From Anaeramoeba ignava BMAN (lineage: Eukaryota > Protista > Anaeramoebae), in contig JAPDFW010000022.1 in assembly GCA_028826165.1 (NCBI GenBank), forward strand, positions 504,758 through 568,757: 64,000 nt of DNA. The letters are read 5' to 3'. This document shows, one piece after another, positions 1-11,700 of the stretch (the stretch's first letter is position 1; every line of letters starts with the position of its first letter). Position numbers and translations under genes: made by a program. The notes beneath the pieces were generated by a model, which saw nothing but the letters and a program-made list of their open reading frames with translations, did not search any database and was not told the origin of the DNA.

Positions 1-520
1 ATAAAAATTAATTATAAAATTAATTATAAAATTGATTATAAAATTAATTATTAAATTAATTATTAAATTGATTATAAAATTAATTATAAAATTAATTATA
101 AAATTAATTATAAAATTAATTATTAAATTGATTATAAAATCTATTATAAAATTGATTATAAAATTGATTATAAAATTGTTTATAAAATTGATTATAAAAT
201 TGATTATTAAATTAATTATAAAATTAATTATAAAATTGATTATAAAATTGATTATAAAATTAATTATAAAATTGATTATAAAATTAATTATTAAATTGAT
301 TATTAAATTAATTATTAAATTGATTATTAAATTAATTATAAAATTTATTATAAAATTAATTATAAAATTAATTATAAAATTAATTATAAAATTAATTATA
401 AAATTGATTGTAAAATTAATTATTAAATTGATTATAAAATTGATTATAAAATTTATATTAAAATTTATATTAAAATTTATATTAAAATTTATATTAAAAT
501 TTATATTAAATTTATATTAA
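1..520. repeat. 12-bp AT-rich tandem repeat (ATTATAAAATTR), truncated by the window edge
   Basis: Directly visible 12-nt periodicity, which produces the spurious (IIKL)n ORF. Confidence 0.95.
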
Positions 521-566
521 AATTCCTTTCAATTTTAATCATAAAATCTGTTGAAAAAAAAAACTT

Positions 567-3500
567 TCAAACAATATTGAAAAAATTTAAAGATTTCACT
601 AAATATTTCGCTTTTTCTTGATTCTCTTTTAAATCATCCAAAGTCAAAAACCCATGTTGTTTGACATCAATCTTGGAAAATAAATCCTCTAAAAAAGAAT
701 AAATATTTTTGGATCCAAAATCATTCCAGTCATTCAAAGTGCAAAGAACAGACCAAACATTTTGGAAAGTAATTTTGTTTTGATTTTCCTGATCAAAAAC
801 ACGAAAACAAAATTCAAGACGTTTTTCAAAACTTGGATTAACAAACAAGAATATAACTTGGATAAATTGTTGGAAAGAAAGATAACCATTTGAAAGATTA
901 TCACAAGCAGAAAAAATGGTGTTTGAACGTTTTTCTTGAGAGACACCCAGACTTTTCATCAAAGAAATAAATTGGGTTTTTGTGACAAAACGTTTTGGAT
1001 ACTCAACACAAAACCGTTTATACATAACAGAAATTTCCAAAGAAGATAAATTGGTGATCACACTTAGATCCTCAAGTTCCTTTTCAGGAAGAGTTTTGCT
1101 CGAGTCTTCATTGAAAGACTTGTCTGTTTTGCATATTGCAAGATTCATTGCTTTGATCCATTCCAAATGATTAACTTCATTTTCAGCAAAGAAATAGTAC
1201 TTTTTCTTATTTGCTGCCACAATCGAAAATGTGAAGTGTTTTTTCAAATAGGGAACAATTGGGAAAAAATCCGCGTCTTTTAAACAAATTACTCCCGATG
1301 GTGATCGTGTTGTTAGATCGGGCGGATTGCTTGTATTCTTTTTGTCGAGTGAAAAATAATATAAGTTTTCTGATTCAATCAAAAAATATTTTCGGTTCCA
1401 TGATCTTTTCACTCCAAATGCTTTTTGGAAGGATAAGAATCCCTTGTTTTGAACATTTTGGAAAGATTTTAAAAGACAATAAAAACGATCGATTGAGGAA
1501 ATCAAACTTGTTGTCCAAATGATAAGTTCGTTTTTTGATTCACATTCAAAAAGAAATTTCTTTGTTGGCAATTGAACAGTTAAAAAGAAAGGCGGATTGT
1601 CATTTTCGAGATCAGAAACAATCTGCGCTTTTTGCAATGGAATGGAATGCGAAGACTCTGAGCCAATTTCCTTTTGAGAATTAGCGTAAATGAGATAGGC
1701 TCCTTCCAAATAAAACCAATATTTTTTTTTTCGTGCAAATTGTTTGAATTTCCGATTTTTTGGATCGTTAATGTTTGAGTTCTTGTACATACACAGAAAC
1801 CCGCTGTTGGCAAGAAGTAGTGAATCGGATTTCTTGCATAATCGATACACAGCTTTTTTGTGGACTTGACCCTTTTTTTCTATGGGCTTGTTTTGCAACT
1901 CGCTGTCTGAAATGTTCGGATCTGATAATGTTATATTCGATTGTGTTTCTGATTGCGATTGTGCATCCTCACTTATTCCGCTAATATCAGAACTGGTTGT
2001 TGATTTTTTTTCCTTTTTATTTTTTTCTTCATTTTCATTTTCTTTTTCTTTTTCTTGTTCATTTTCTTTTTCTTTTTTTGTATTTCCTTGAATTGATCCA
2101 TATATTTTTATTTTATGCTTGGTTTCAGTTTCCAATGTGCATTTTTTTGATAAATTCGATATTACATTTGCCCATTCATTCAAAAGTATGTTGTAATTTT
2201 GTTTTTGTTGTTCAAAAGATTTAATTAAAGTTCCTGTTGATTTTTTTCGATCCAATGTGCTGTTATTGTTTGAATCAACAGGAAAAACAACAACTGCCTT
2301 CACAATTGGATGCGATATTTTAATAACTTTTTTCTCTTGACTTGTGTTGTATTCAACAGTGATTGTTGTTCTGTTCAGAAAAATAATTCCTATTGGAATA
2401 TTTTGTTCTTTTGGATCTTGATAATATCCAATATAATTATCAAAAACTCTAAAATAATAAGTCTTCCATTTTCGATTTGTTTCTTGTTTTGCCATAAATC
2501 CTTCATAGTTTACTTTGATATTTCTTGTTTTGCTGTCTGGATCAAGTAATTCAATTGATTTATTAATTGCTTGTTTCCATTCTTCATATACTTCTTTATC
2601 TGGTGCTTGAATCAGAAAAGCTCTTCTTGTTTCATGTAAAATTTGAAATGTATTTTTGATTTTTGATTGAATAAAAAGTGTATTTTCTAATGATATTATT
2701 CCCAAAGGATTTTGTTGAGTTGATTCTGATTTTGAATAAGTAATTGTTGCATTGTCTTTTAAAACAAACCATCTTTTTTTCCAATTTTTATAACTGCCGC
2801 CTTGCTTAGTTAAATAACCTGATTTAATTATTTTGATTTCTTTTAATTTTTCTTTTTCTTTTTCTTTCTGATTAATTAAATCAAAATTTTGTGTTTGATA
2901 GTTTGTTTCAGTTTCCAATGTGCATTTTTTTGATAAATTCGATATTATATTTGCCCATTCATTCAAAAGTATGTTGTAATTTTGTTTTTGTTCTTCAAAA
3001 GATTTATTTGAATTTTTTATATCGTTTTGGATTTCTGAATCAACAGGAAAAATATAAACAGGTTCTTCAATTGGATGTGATATTTTAATAACATTTTTCT
3101 CTTGACTTGTGTTGTATTCAACAGTGATTGTTGTTCTGTTCAGAAAAATAATTCCTATTGGAATATTTTGTTCTTTTGGATCTTGATAATATCCAATATA
3201 ATTATCAAAAACTCTAAAATAATAAGTCTTCCATTTTCGATTTGTTTCTTGTTTTGCCATAGATCCTTCATAGTTTACTTTGATATTTCTTGTTTTGCTG
3301 TCTGGATCAAGTAATTCAATTGATTTATTAATTGCTTGTTTCCATTCTTCATATACTTCTTTATCTGGTGCTTGAATCAGAAAAGCTCTTCTTGTTTCAT
3401 GTAAAATTTGAAATGTATTTTTGATTTTTGATTGAATAAAAAGTGTATTTTCTAATGATATTATTCCCAAAGGATTTTGTTGAGTTGATTCTGATTTTGA

Positions 3501-3671
3501 ATAAGTAATTGTTGCATTATCTTTTAAAACAAACCATCTTTTTTTCCAATTTTTATGTTTATCACCTTGTTTAGTTAAATAACCTGATTTAATTATTTTG
3601 ATTTCTTTTAATTTTTCTTTTTCTTTTTCTTTTTTTTGTTTAATTTTTTTAGTAATTTTATTTATAAGCAT
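567..3671 (-). CDS. Multi-PH-domain protein (about 6 PH domains) with C-terminal EF-hand (NCS/calcineurin-B-like) module
   Basis: Intact 1034-aa ORF. PH motifs SGYLTKQGxxxKNWKKRWFVL (twice), SGFLCMY...YWFYL and KGFLSFQ...WNRKYF, each closed by a Trp-containing helix. C-terminal DNLSNGYLSFQQF and FRVFDQENQNKIT EF-hand-like motifs. Confidence 0.88.
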   Translation of the reverse strand: MLINKITKKIKQKKEKEKEKLKEIKIIKSGYLTKQGDKHKNWKKRWFVLKDNATITYSKSESTQQNPLGIISLENTLFIQSKIKNTFQILHETRRAFLIQAPDKEVYEEWKQAINKSIELLDPDSKTRNIKVNYEGSMAKQETNRKWKTYYFRVFDNYIGYYQDPKEQNIPIGIIFLNRTTITVEYNTSQEKNVIKISHPIEEPVYIFPVDSEIQNDIKNSNKSFEEQKQNYNILLNEWANIISNLSKKCTLETETNYQTQNFDLINQKEKEKEKLKEIKIIKSGYLTKQGGSYKNWKKRWFVLKDNATITYSKSESTQQNPLGIISLENTLFIQSKIKNTFQILHETRRAFLIQAPDKEVYEEWKQAINKSIELLDPDSKTRNIKVNYEGFMAKQETNRKWKTYYFRVFDNYIGYYQDPKEQNIPIGIIFLNRTTITVEYNTSQEKKVIKISHPIVKAVVVFPVDSNNNSTLDRKKSTGTLIKSFEQQKQNYNILLNEWANVISNLSKKCTLETETKHKIKIYGSIQGNTKKEKENEQEKEKENENEEKNKKEKKSTTSSDISGISEDAQSQSETQSNITLSDPNISDSELQNKPIEKKGQVHKKAVYRLCKKSDSLLLANSGFLCMYKNSNINDPKNRKFKQFARKKKYWFYLEGAYLIYANSQKEIGSESSHSIPLQKAQIVSDLENDNPPFFLTVQLPTKKFLFECESKNELIIWTTSLISSIDRFYCLLKSFQNVQNKGFLSFQKAFGVKRSWNRKYFLIESENLYYFSLDKKNTSNPPDLTTRSPSGVICLKDADFFPIVPYLKKHFTFSIVAANKKKYYFFAENEVNHLEWIKAMNLAICKTDKSFNEDSSKTLPEKELEDLSVITNLSSLEISVMYKRFCVEYPKRFVTKTQFISLMKSLGVSQEKRSNTIFSACDNLSNGYLSFQQFIQVIFLFVNPSFEKRLEFCFRVFDQENQNKITFQNVWSVLCTLNDWNDFGSKNIYSFLEDLFSKIDVKQHGFLTLDDLKENQEKAKYLVKSLNFFNIV

Positions 3672-3817
3672 TTTTTAAACAATAAAACAAAATGAAAAAA
3701 TGAAAAAAATTTTTTTATTTAAATTTTTTTTTTTAAAGTTAGAACAAAAACAAAAAAACAAAAAAACAAAAAAACAAAAATTTCTTTTTTTTTTTAATTT
3801 AAAATAATAAAAATAAA

Positions 3818-4026
3818 CCAGGCTGCGAATGGTGGTAGTGCAAAGACCATTGCAACCAGTCAAATTCGAATTAAAATTGCAAGCAATAATAATTACTAAA
3901 AATGAATTTGACGATTTTAATAAATTTGCTTAACCAATGACAACTCCCAATAGGAGTTGATCTAGTTGGCTAAACTAGATAGAACAGATACTACACTTGA
4001 TCTAAGCCAAAAGGCGAAGACTCGAT
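3818..4026 (-). ncRNA. U2: U2 spliceosomal snRNA
   Basis: Minus strand reads ATCGAGTCTTCGCCTTTTGGCTTAGATCAAGTGTAGTATCTGTTCT, matching the U2 5' end including the GUAGUA branch-recognition sequence. Stems IIa (ATCTAGTT/AACTAGAT), IIb (CAACTCC/GGAGTTG), III (GTCAAATTC/GAATTTGAC) and IV with a TTGCACTA loop are present. Ends are approximate. Confidence 0.96.
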
Positions 4027-4129
4027 AAAAAAAAAAAATTTTATTTTAATTTTTTTTATTTTTTTTTTCTTTTTTTTATTTATCCGTTAAAAATTATGGT
4101 TAAAATAATTTATTTAACTTTTTTCAATA

Positions 4130-7100
4130 ATTAAAACTTATTTAATTTAATAAATTTAACTAAATTTATTTTTAAATCTATTTCTAAATAAAATAAATTC
4201 ATTCCACTTTTTTTTAAATAATCAAAATATATTTAACTTAATAAATTTAATCAAATCTATTTCTAAATATGTTTCTAAATAAAATAAATTCATTCCACTT
4301 TTGTTTAAATAATTAAAACTTATTTAATTTAATAAATTTATTCAAATATATTTTTAAATCCATTTCTAAATAAAATAAATTTATTCCACTTTTTTTTAAA
4401 TAATTAAAATATATTTAATTTAATAAATTTAATCAAATTTATTTCTAAATATATTTTTAAATAAAATAAATTTATTCCACTTTTGTTTAAATAATCAAAT
4501 TTATTTCTAAATATATTTCTAAATAAAATAAATTCATTCCACTTTTGTTTAAATAATTAAAACTTATTTAATTTAATAAATTTATTCAAATATATTTTTA
4601 AATATATTTTTAAATAAAATAAATTTATTCCACTTTTTAAATAATTAAAATATATTTAATTTAATAAATTTAATCAAATTTATTTTTAAATCCATTTCTA
4701 AATAAAATAAATTTATTCCACTTTTTGTTTAAATAATCAAAATAAATTTAATTTAATAAATATAATCAAATCTATTTTTAAATCTATTTCTAAATAAAAT
4801 AAATTTATTCCACTTTTTAATAATCAAAACAAATTTAATTTAATAAATTTAATCAAATTTATTTCTAAATATGTTTCTAAATAAAATAAATTCATTCCAC
4901 TTTTTGTTTAAATAATTAAATTTATTTCTAAATCTATTTCTAAATAAAATAAATTTATTCCACTTTTTTTTAAATAATTAAATTTATTTCTAAATAAAAT
5001 AAATTCATTCCACTTTTTAAATAATTAAAACTTATTCAATTTAATAAATATAATCAAATCTATTTCTAAATCTATTTTTAAATAAAATAAATTTATTCCA
5101 CTTTTTTTTTAAATAATTAAATCTATTTAATTTAATAAATATAATTAAATTTATTCCTAAATCTATTTCTAAATAAAATAAATTTATTCCACTTTTTAAA
5201 TAATTAAATCTATTTAATTTAATAAATATAATTAAATTTATTTCTAAATATATTTTTAAATAAAATAAATTTATTCCACTTTTTAAATATTTAAATCTTA
5301 TTCAATTTAATAAATATAATTAAATTTATTTTTAAATATATTTTTAAATCTATTTCTAAATAAAATGAATTTATTCCACTTTTTAAATAATTAAAATATA
5401 TTTAATTTAATAAATATAATTAAATTTATTTTTAAATATATTTTTAAATATATTTCTAAATAAAATAAATTTATTCCACTTTTGTTTAAATAATTAAAAA
5501 TATATTTAATTTAATAAATTTAATCAAATTTATTCCACTTTTTAAATAATTAAATTTATTTCTAAATAAAATAAATTTATTCCACTTTTTTGTTTAAATA
5601 ATTAAAATAAATTTAATTTAATAAATATAATCAAATTTATTTCTAAATATATTTTTAAATAAAATAAATTTATTCCACTTTTTGTTTAAATAATTAAAAT
5701 AAATTTAATTTAATAAATATAATCAAATTTATTTCTAAAATCTATTTCTAAATAAAAATAAATTTATTCCACTTTTTAAATAATTAAAATATATTTAATT
5801 TAATAAATTTAATCAAATTTATTTTTAAATATATTTTTAAATAAAATAAATTTATTCCACTTTTGTTTAAATAATTAAAATAAATTTAATTTAATAAATT
5901 TAATCAAATTTATTCCTAAATATATTTCTAAATAGAATAAATTTATTCCACTTTTTAAATAATTAAATATATTTCTAAATAGAATAAATTTATTCCACTT
6001 TTTAAATAATTAAATTTATTTTTAAATATATTTCTAAATAGAATAAATTTATTCCACTTTTTAAATAATTAAATTTATTTAATTTAATAAATTTAATCAA
6101 ATTTATTCCTAAATATATTTCTAAATAGAATAAATTTATTCCACTTTTTAAATAATTAAATTTATTTCTAAATTTATTTCTAAATATATTTCTAAATAGA
6201 ATAAATTCATTCCACTTTTTAAATAATTAAAACATATTTAATTTAATAAATATAATTAAATCTATTTCTAAATATATTTTTAAAATAAAAATAAATTTAT
6301 TCTACTTTTGTTTAAATAATTAAATTTATTTAATTTAATAAATTTAATTAAATCTATTTCTAAATCTGTTTTTAAATAAAATAAATTTATTCCACTTTTT
6401 AAATAATTAAAAATATATTTAATTTAATAAATTTAATTAAATTTATTTCTAAATCTATTTCTAAATAAAAATAAATTCATTCCAATTTTTGTTTAAATAA
6501 TTAAAATAAATTTAATTTAATAAATATAATTAAATTTATTTCTAAATATATTTCTAAATAAAATAAATTTATTCCACTTTTTTGTTTAAATAATTAAATT
6601 TATTTAATTTAATAAATATATTTAAATCTATTTCTAAATAAAATGAATTTATTCCACTTTTTGTTTAAATAATTAAAATATATTTAATTTAATAAATTAA
6701 TTAAATCTATTTCTAAATATATTTCTAAATAAAATAAATTCATTCCAATTTGTTTTAAATAATTAAAATATATTTAATTTAATAAATATAATTAAATCTA
6801 TCTCTAAAATAAAATAAATTCATTCCACTTTTTGTTTTAAATAATTAAATTTATTTTTAAATCTATTTCTAAATAGAATAAATTTATTCCACTTTTTAAA
6901 TAATCAAAATATATTTAATTTAATAAATATAATCAAATCTATTTTTAAATCTATTTCTAAATAAAATAAATTTATTCCACTTTTTAAATAATTAAAATTT
7001 ATTTAATTTAATAAATATAATTAAATTTATTTCTAAATATATTTCTAAATAAAATAAATTTATTCCACTTTTTAAATAATTAAAACATATTTAATTTAAT

Positions 7101-7775
7101 AAATATAATTAAATCTATTTCTAAATATATTTTTAAATAAAATAAATTTATTCCACTTTTTAAATAATCAAAATATTATTCAATTTAATAAATTTAATTA
7201 AATTTATTTTTAAATATATTTCTAAATAGAATAAATTTATTCCACTTTTGTTTAAATAATCAAAATATATTTAATTTAATAAATTTAATCAAATTTATTT
7301 TTAAATCTATTTCTAAATAAAATAAATTCATTCCACTTTTGTTTAAATAATTAAAACTTATTTAATTTAATAAATATAATCAAATTTATTCCTAAATCTA
7401 TTTCTAAATAAAATAAATTTATTCTACTTTTTGTTTAAATAATTAAAATATATTTAATTTAATAAATATAATCAAATTTATTCCTAAATATATTTCTAAA
7501 TAGAATAAATTTATTCCACTTTTTAAATAATTAAATATATTTCTAAATAAAATAAATTTATTCCACTTTTTAAATAATTAAATTTATTTCTAAATATATT
7601 TCTAAATAGAATAAATTCATTCCACTTTTTGTTTAAATAATTAAATTTATTTTTAAATATATTTTTAAATAAAATAAATTTATTCCACTTTTGTTTAAAT
7701 AATTAAAATATATTCGACTTAATAAATTTAACTAAATTTATTCCTAAATATATTTTTAAATCTATTTCTAAATAA
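4130..7775. repeat. Modular AT-rich minisatellite array, roughly 40-75-bp units with core AAATAAAATAAATTYATTCCACTTTT
   Basis: Dozens of direct copies of the ATTCCACTTTT core, separated by combinations of shared sub-modules. Confidence 0.95.
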
Positions 7776-7992
7776 ATGAGTCAATATTAGAAAAAATTAA
7801 TAATATTGTTCTCTAAATTTAAAACATAAAAAAATTCAATTATACTCTAAATTAAAATAAATTTAACCAATAAATAAAAATAACTATTTAAGAAAAAAAA
7901 AAAAAGAAAAATTTTCATTCCATTTTTTTTCAATCAATTTTTTTTATTATTTCAATTAATTTTTTCAATAAATTTTATTAAAACAAAACAAA

Positions 7993-8568
7993 ATGAATGA
8001 ATATAAATTAGTAGTTGTAGGAGGAGGAGGAGTAGGAAAATCCGCATTAACAATTCAATTAGTACAATCACACTTTGTAGATGAATATGATCCAACAATA
8101 GAAGATTCATATCGAAGACAAGTAGAAATTGATGAAGAGATCTGTCATTTAGACATATTAGACACAGCAGGACAAGAAGAATATTCAGCAATGAGAGATT
8201 CTTATATGAGATCAGGTGAAGGTTTTTTGATCGTATTTGCGATCAACTCAAGAAGTTCTTTTGATGAAGTTCCTATGTTTAAAGAACATATTTACAGAGT
8301 AAAAGATACTGAAAAAACTCCTATTGTTATTGTCGGAAACAAATCTGACTTGGAAAATGAACGTCAAGTGTCTTCCGGCGAAGCTCGTGATCTCGCAAAA
8401 ACTTTTGGTTGTCCTTATTTTGAAACTTCGGCTAAATCAAGAATTAATATTGAAGAATCTTTCTTTGGTTTAGTTAGAGAAATTAGAAAAGTTCGTAATC
8501 CTGAAATTGAGAAAAAAGTCCAAAAGAAAAAACCAAAAAAAAGAAAATTAAGATGTTCAATTATGTAA
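7993..8568 (+). CDS. ras: Ras GTPase (K-Ras/RasG-like)
   Basis: GGGGVGKS, effector loop [26 protein letters not shown], polybasic tail and CAAX box CSIM. Intronless. Confidence 0.98.
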   Translation: MNEYKLVVVGGGGVGKSALTIQLVQSHFVDEYDPTIEDSYRRQVEIDEEICHLDILDTAGQEEYSAMRDSYMRSGEGFLIVFAINSRSSFDEVPMFKEHIYRVKDTEKTPIVIVGNKSDLENERQVSSGEARDLAKTFGCPYFETSAKSRINIEESFFGLVREIRKVRNPEIEKKVQKKKPKKRKLRCSIM

Positions 8569-8709
8569 ATTGGAATTTTTGACATTTTACATTTTACATT
8601 TACATTTTACATTTTTTTTGGAAATTGTTTTTGTTTTTCAAATTGTTTTTCAAATTGTTTTTGTTTTTGAAGATTAAATAATTTTCAATTTAAAAAAAAA
8701 AAAGCAATT

Positions 8710-8796
8710 TTAATTTTTTCATTTTTTCATTTTTTCATTTTTCATTTTTCATTTTTCATTTTTCTCTTATTTTTCATTCTCTTTTACAATAATAAA
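8710..8796 (+). promoter_or_regulatory. Tandem TTTTCATTTT initiator-like elements before the TRAPPC8 ATG
   Basis: Several consecutive TCATTT copies. The same motif lies upstream of most ATGs in the window in gene orientation. Confidence 0.5.
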
Positions 8797-11700
8797 ATGA
8801 CTTCAGTTTTTCCTCCTTATTCTATTCCACTTACTTTTGAAGAATTTAGGAAATGGATTTATCATCAATATTGTCCAGTTGTTATGGTAACAACAAGTGA
8901 AGATGCAGATCAAATTTGTTTTGAAAATAATCTTTCTTTTGTTGATTTAATTCGACCATTTGCAGTTAAAACTGTATCTACACAAATTCCACAAAGTTCT
9001 GGTGTTCCTGAACTTGTTACTCTTGAAGATTTTTGTGTGAAATTTTTGCCTAAGGATTTGGTTGGAATGCCTGAACCACAAGATGTTACAAATCAATTAA
9101 ATAATATTTTGGAAAAATGTTATAATAGTGGGAAAGTTGAAGAAGATTTTCCTTTGAAAAAATTAGAAGATGTACCATTTTTTCTTCAACGTAAGAAACA
9201 TTTCCTACAAAATTATTAAATTATTATATAAATTATTAAATAAATTATTATATAAATTATTATATAAATTATTATATAAATTATTATATTAATTATTTTA
9301 TAAATTATTAAATAAATTATTTTATAAATTATTTTATAAATTATTTTATAAATTATTTTATAAATTATTTTATAAATTATTATATAAATTATTATATAAA
9401 TTATTAAATAAATTATTTTATAAATTATTTTATTAATTATTATATTAATTATTATATAAATTATTTTATAAATTATTATTTAAATTATTATATAAATTAT
9501 TATATAAATTATTATATAAATTATTTTATAAATTATTATATAAATTATTATATAAATTATTATATTAATTATTATATAAATTATTATATAAATTATTATA
9601 TTAATTATTTTATAAATTATTATATAAATTATTATATAAATTATTATATAAATTATTATATTAATTATTTTATAAATTATTAAATAAATTATTATATAAA
9701 TTATTTTATAAATTATTTTATAAATTATTTTTATAAATTATTATATAAATTATTTTATAAATTATTATTTTTAATTATTATATAAATTATTATATAAATT
9801 ATTATATAAATTATTTTATAAATTATTATATAAATTATTTTATAAATTATTATATAAATTATTTTATAAATTATTATATTAATTATTATATAAATTATTT
9901 TATAAATTATTTTATAAATTATTTTATAAATTATTATATAAATTATTATATAAATTATTATATAAATTATTATATAAATTATTATATAAATTATTATATA
10001 AATTATTATATAAATTATTATATAAATTATTATATAAATTATTTTATAAATTATTTTATAAATTATTATATTAATTATTATATAAATTATTATATAAATT
10101 ATTATATAAATTATTATATAAATTATTATATAAATTATTATATAAATTATTATATAAATTATTATATAAATTATTATATAAATTATTATATAAATTATTA
10201 TATAAATTATTTTATAAATTATTTTATAAATTATTATATAAATTATTATATAAATTATTATATAAATTATTATATAAATTATTTTATAAATTATTTTTAT
10301 AAATTATTATATTAATTATTTTATAAATTATTAAATAAATTATTTTATAAATTATTATATAAATTATTTTATAAATTATTATATAAATTATTATATAAAT
10401 TATTATATAAATTATTATATAAATTATTATATAAATTATTATATAAATTATTATATAAATTATTATATAAATTATTATATAAATTATTATATAAATTATT
10501 ATATAAATTATTATATAAATTATTATATAAATTATTAAATAAATTATTTTATAAATTATTTTTATAATTATTATATAAATTATTATATAAATTATTTTAT
10601 AAATTATTATATAAATTTATTAATTATTTTATAAATTATTATATAAATTATTTTATAAATTATTATATTAATTATTATATAAATTATTATATAAATTATT
10701 ATATAAATTATTATATAAATTATTATATAAATTATTATATAAATTATTTTATAAATTATTTTATAAATTATTTTATAAATTATTATAAATTATTTTATTA
10801 ATTATTTTATAAATTATTTTATAAATTATTTTATAAATTATTTTATTAATTATTTTATAAATTATTTTATAAATTATTTTATAAATTATTTTATAAATTA
10901 TTATATAAATTATTATATAAATTTATTAATTATTAATTATTTTATAAATTATTTTATAAATTTATTAATTATTTTATAAATTATTAATTATTTTATAAAT
11001 TTATTAATTATTTTATAAATTATTTTATAAATTTATTAATTATTTAGAACATTCAAATTTAACTCCTTGGTTTACTGAATTTCGTCGACATCACCAATTT
11101 TGTCTTAGAGGATCTTCTTTTGAATCAATAGATCATCCAGTTGCATGCATATCAGTTGTTAGTAGTGATATTGGAGATGTAAATTTAATTAGTAAAAAAT
11201 TGACAGATCAATTTGATCCAGGAAAACCTCCTCAATTTATGGTTCAGAGCCAAATGAATTTTGATATTTTAAGATGCTTTGTTTTGATTCATGATGTTGC
11301 TAAATCCGATAAATCAAAGTATATTCTTTCTCTCTCCAATTTTTTTAGTCTTTGTATTCATCATTTTTGATTTCTTTATTTCTATTATTATTATTATTAT
11401 AATCATTATCAAAGAGCTTTTGGCATCTTCCAAAAAATTGAAAAAACTTTTGGAACAGGATCTTGTTTCTTTTTAGCAATTAATTCTATTCCTCCAAATC
11501 AAAAAAATTATTCTGTTGATGATATTTGGAGTCAGCATTTTATTCCTTTTACTGAGAGACCCACAATTGATAAAAATTATGGTGCAAGACTTAATTCAAA
11601 TGATCTCTCAGCTCTTAATAATTTCGTCAATAACTTTATGATTCGTGCTTTAATTCCATTTTTAGAAAAAAAAATTGATTCAATAGTAAAACAAGTGGCG

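Noticed and set aside
32-520. 162-aa (IIKL)n ORF, and similar ORFs at 16595-17344, 32091-32595, 38082-38381 and 44646-45344
   Set aside because: They are translations of stop-free frames of tandem repeats. Most lie inside introns whose flanking exons join in frame
3675-3863. 62-aa ORF MTGCNGLC...
   Set aside because: Overlaps U2 stem-loop IV and T-rich intergenic DNA, with no ATG start or protein features
4130-7775. CRISPR-like look (constant core with variable spacers)
   Set aside because: The spacers are reused sub-modules rather than unique sequences, the context is eukaryotic, and no cas genes are present
11349-11353. Possible 5-nt micro-exon tag|TCTTT|gtattc in TRAPPC8 intron 2
   Set aside because: The flanking exons already join in frame with good homology, and inclusion would shift the frame
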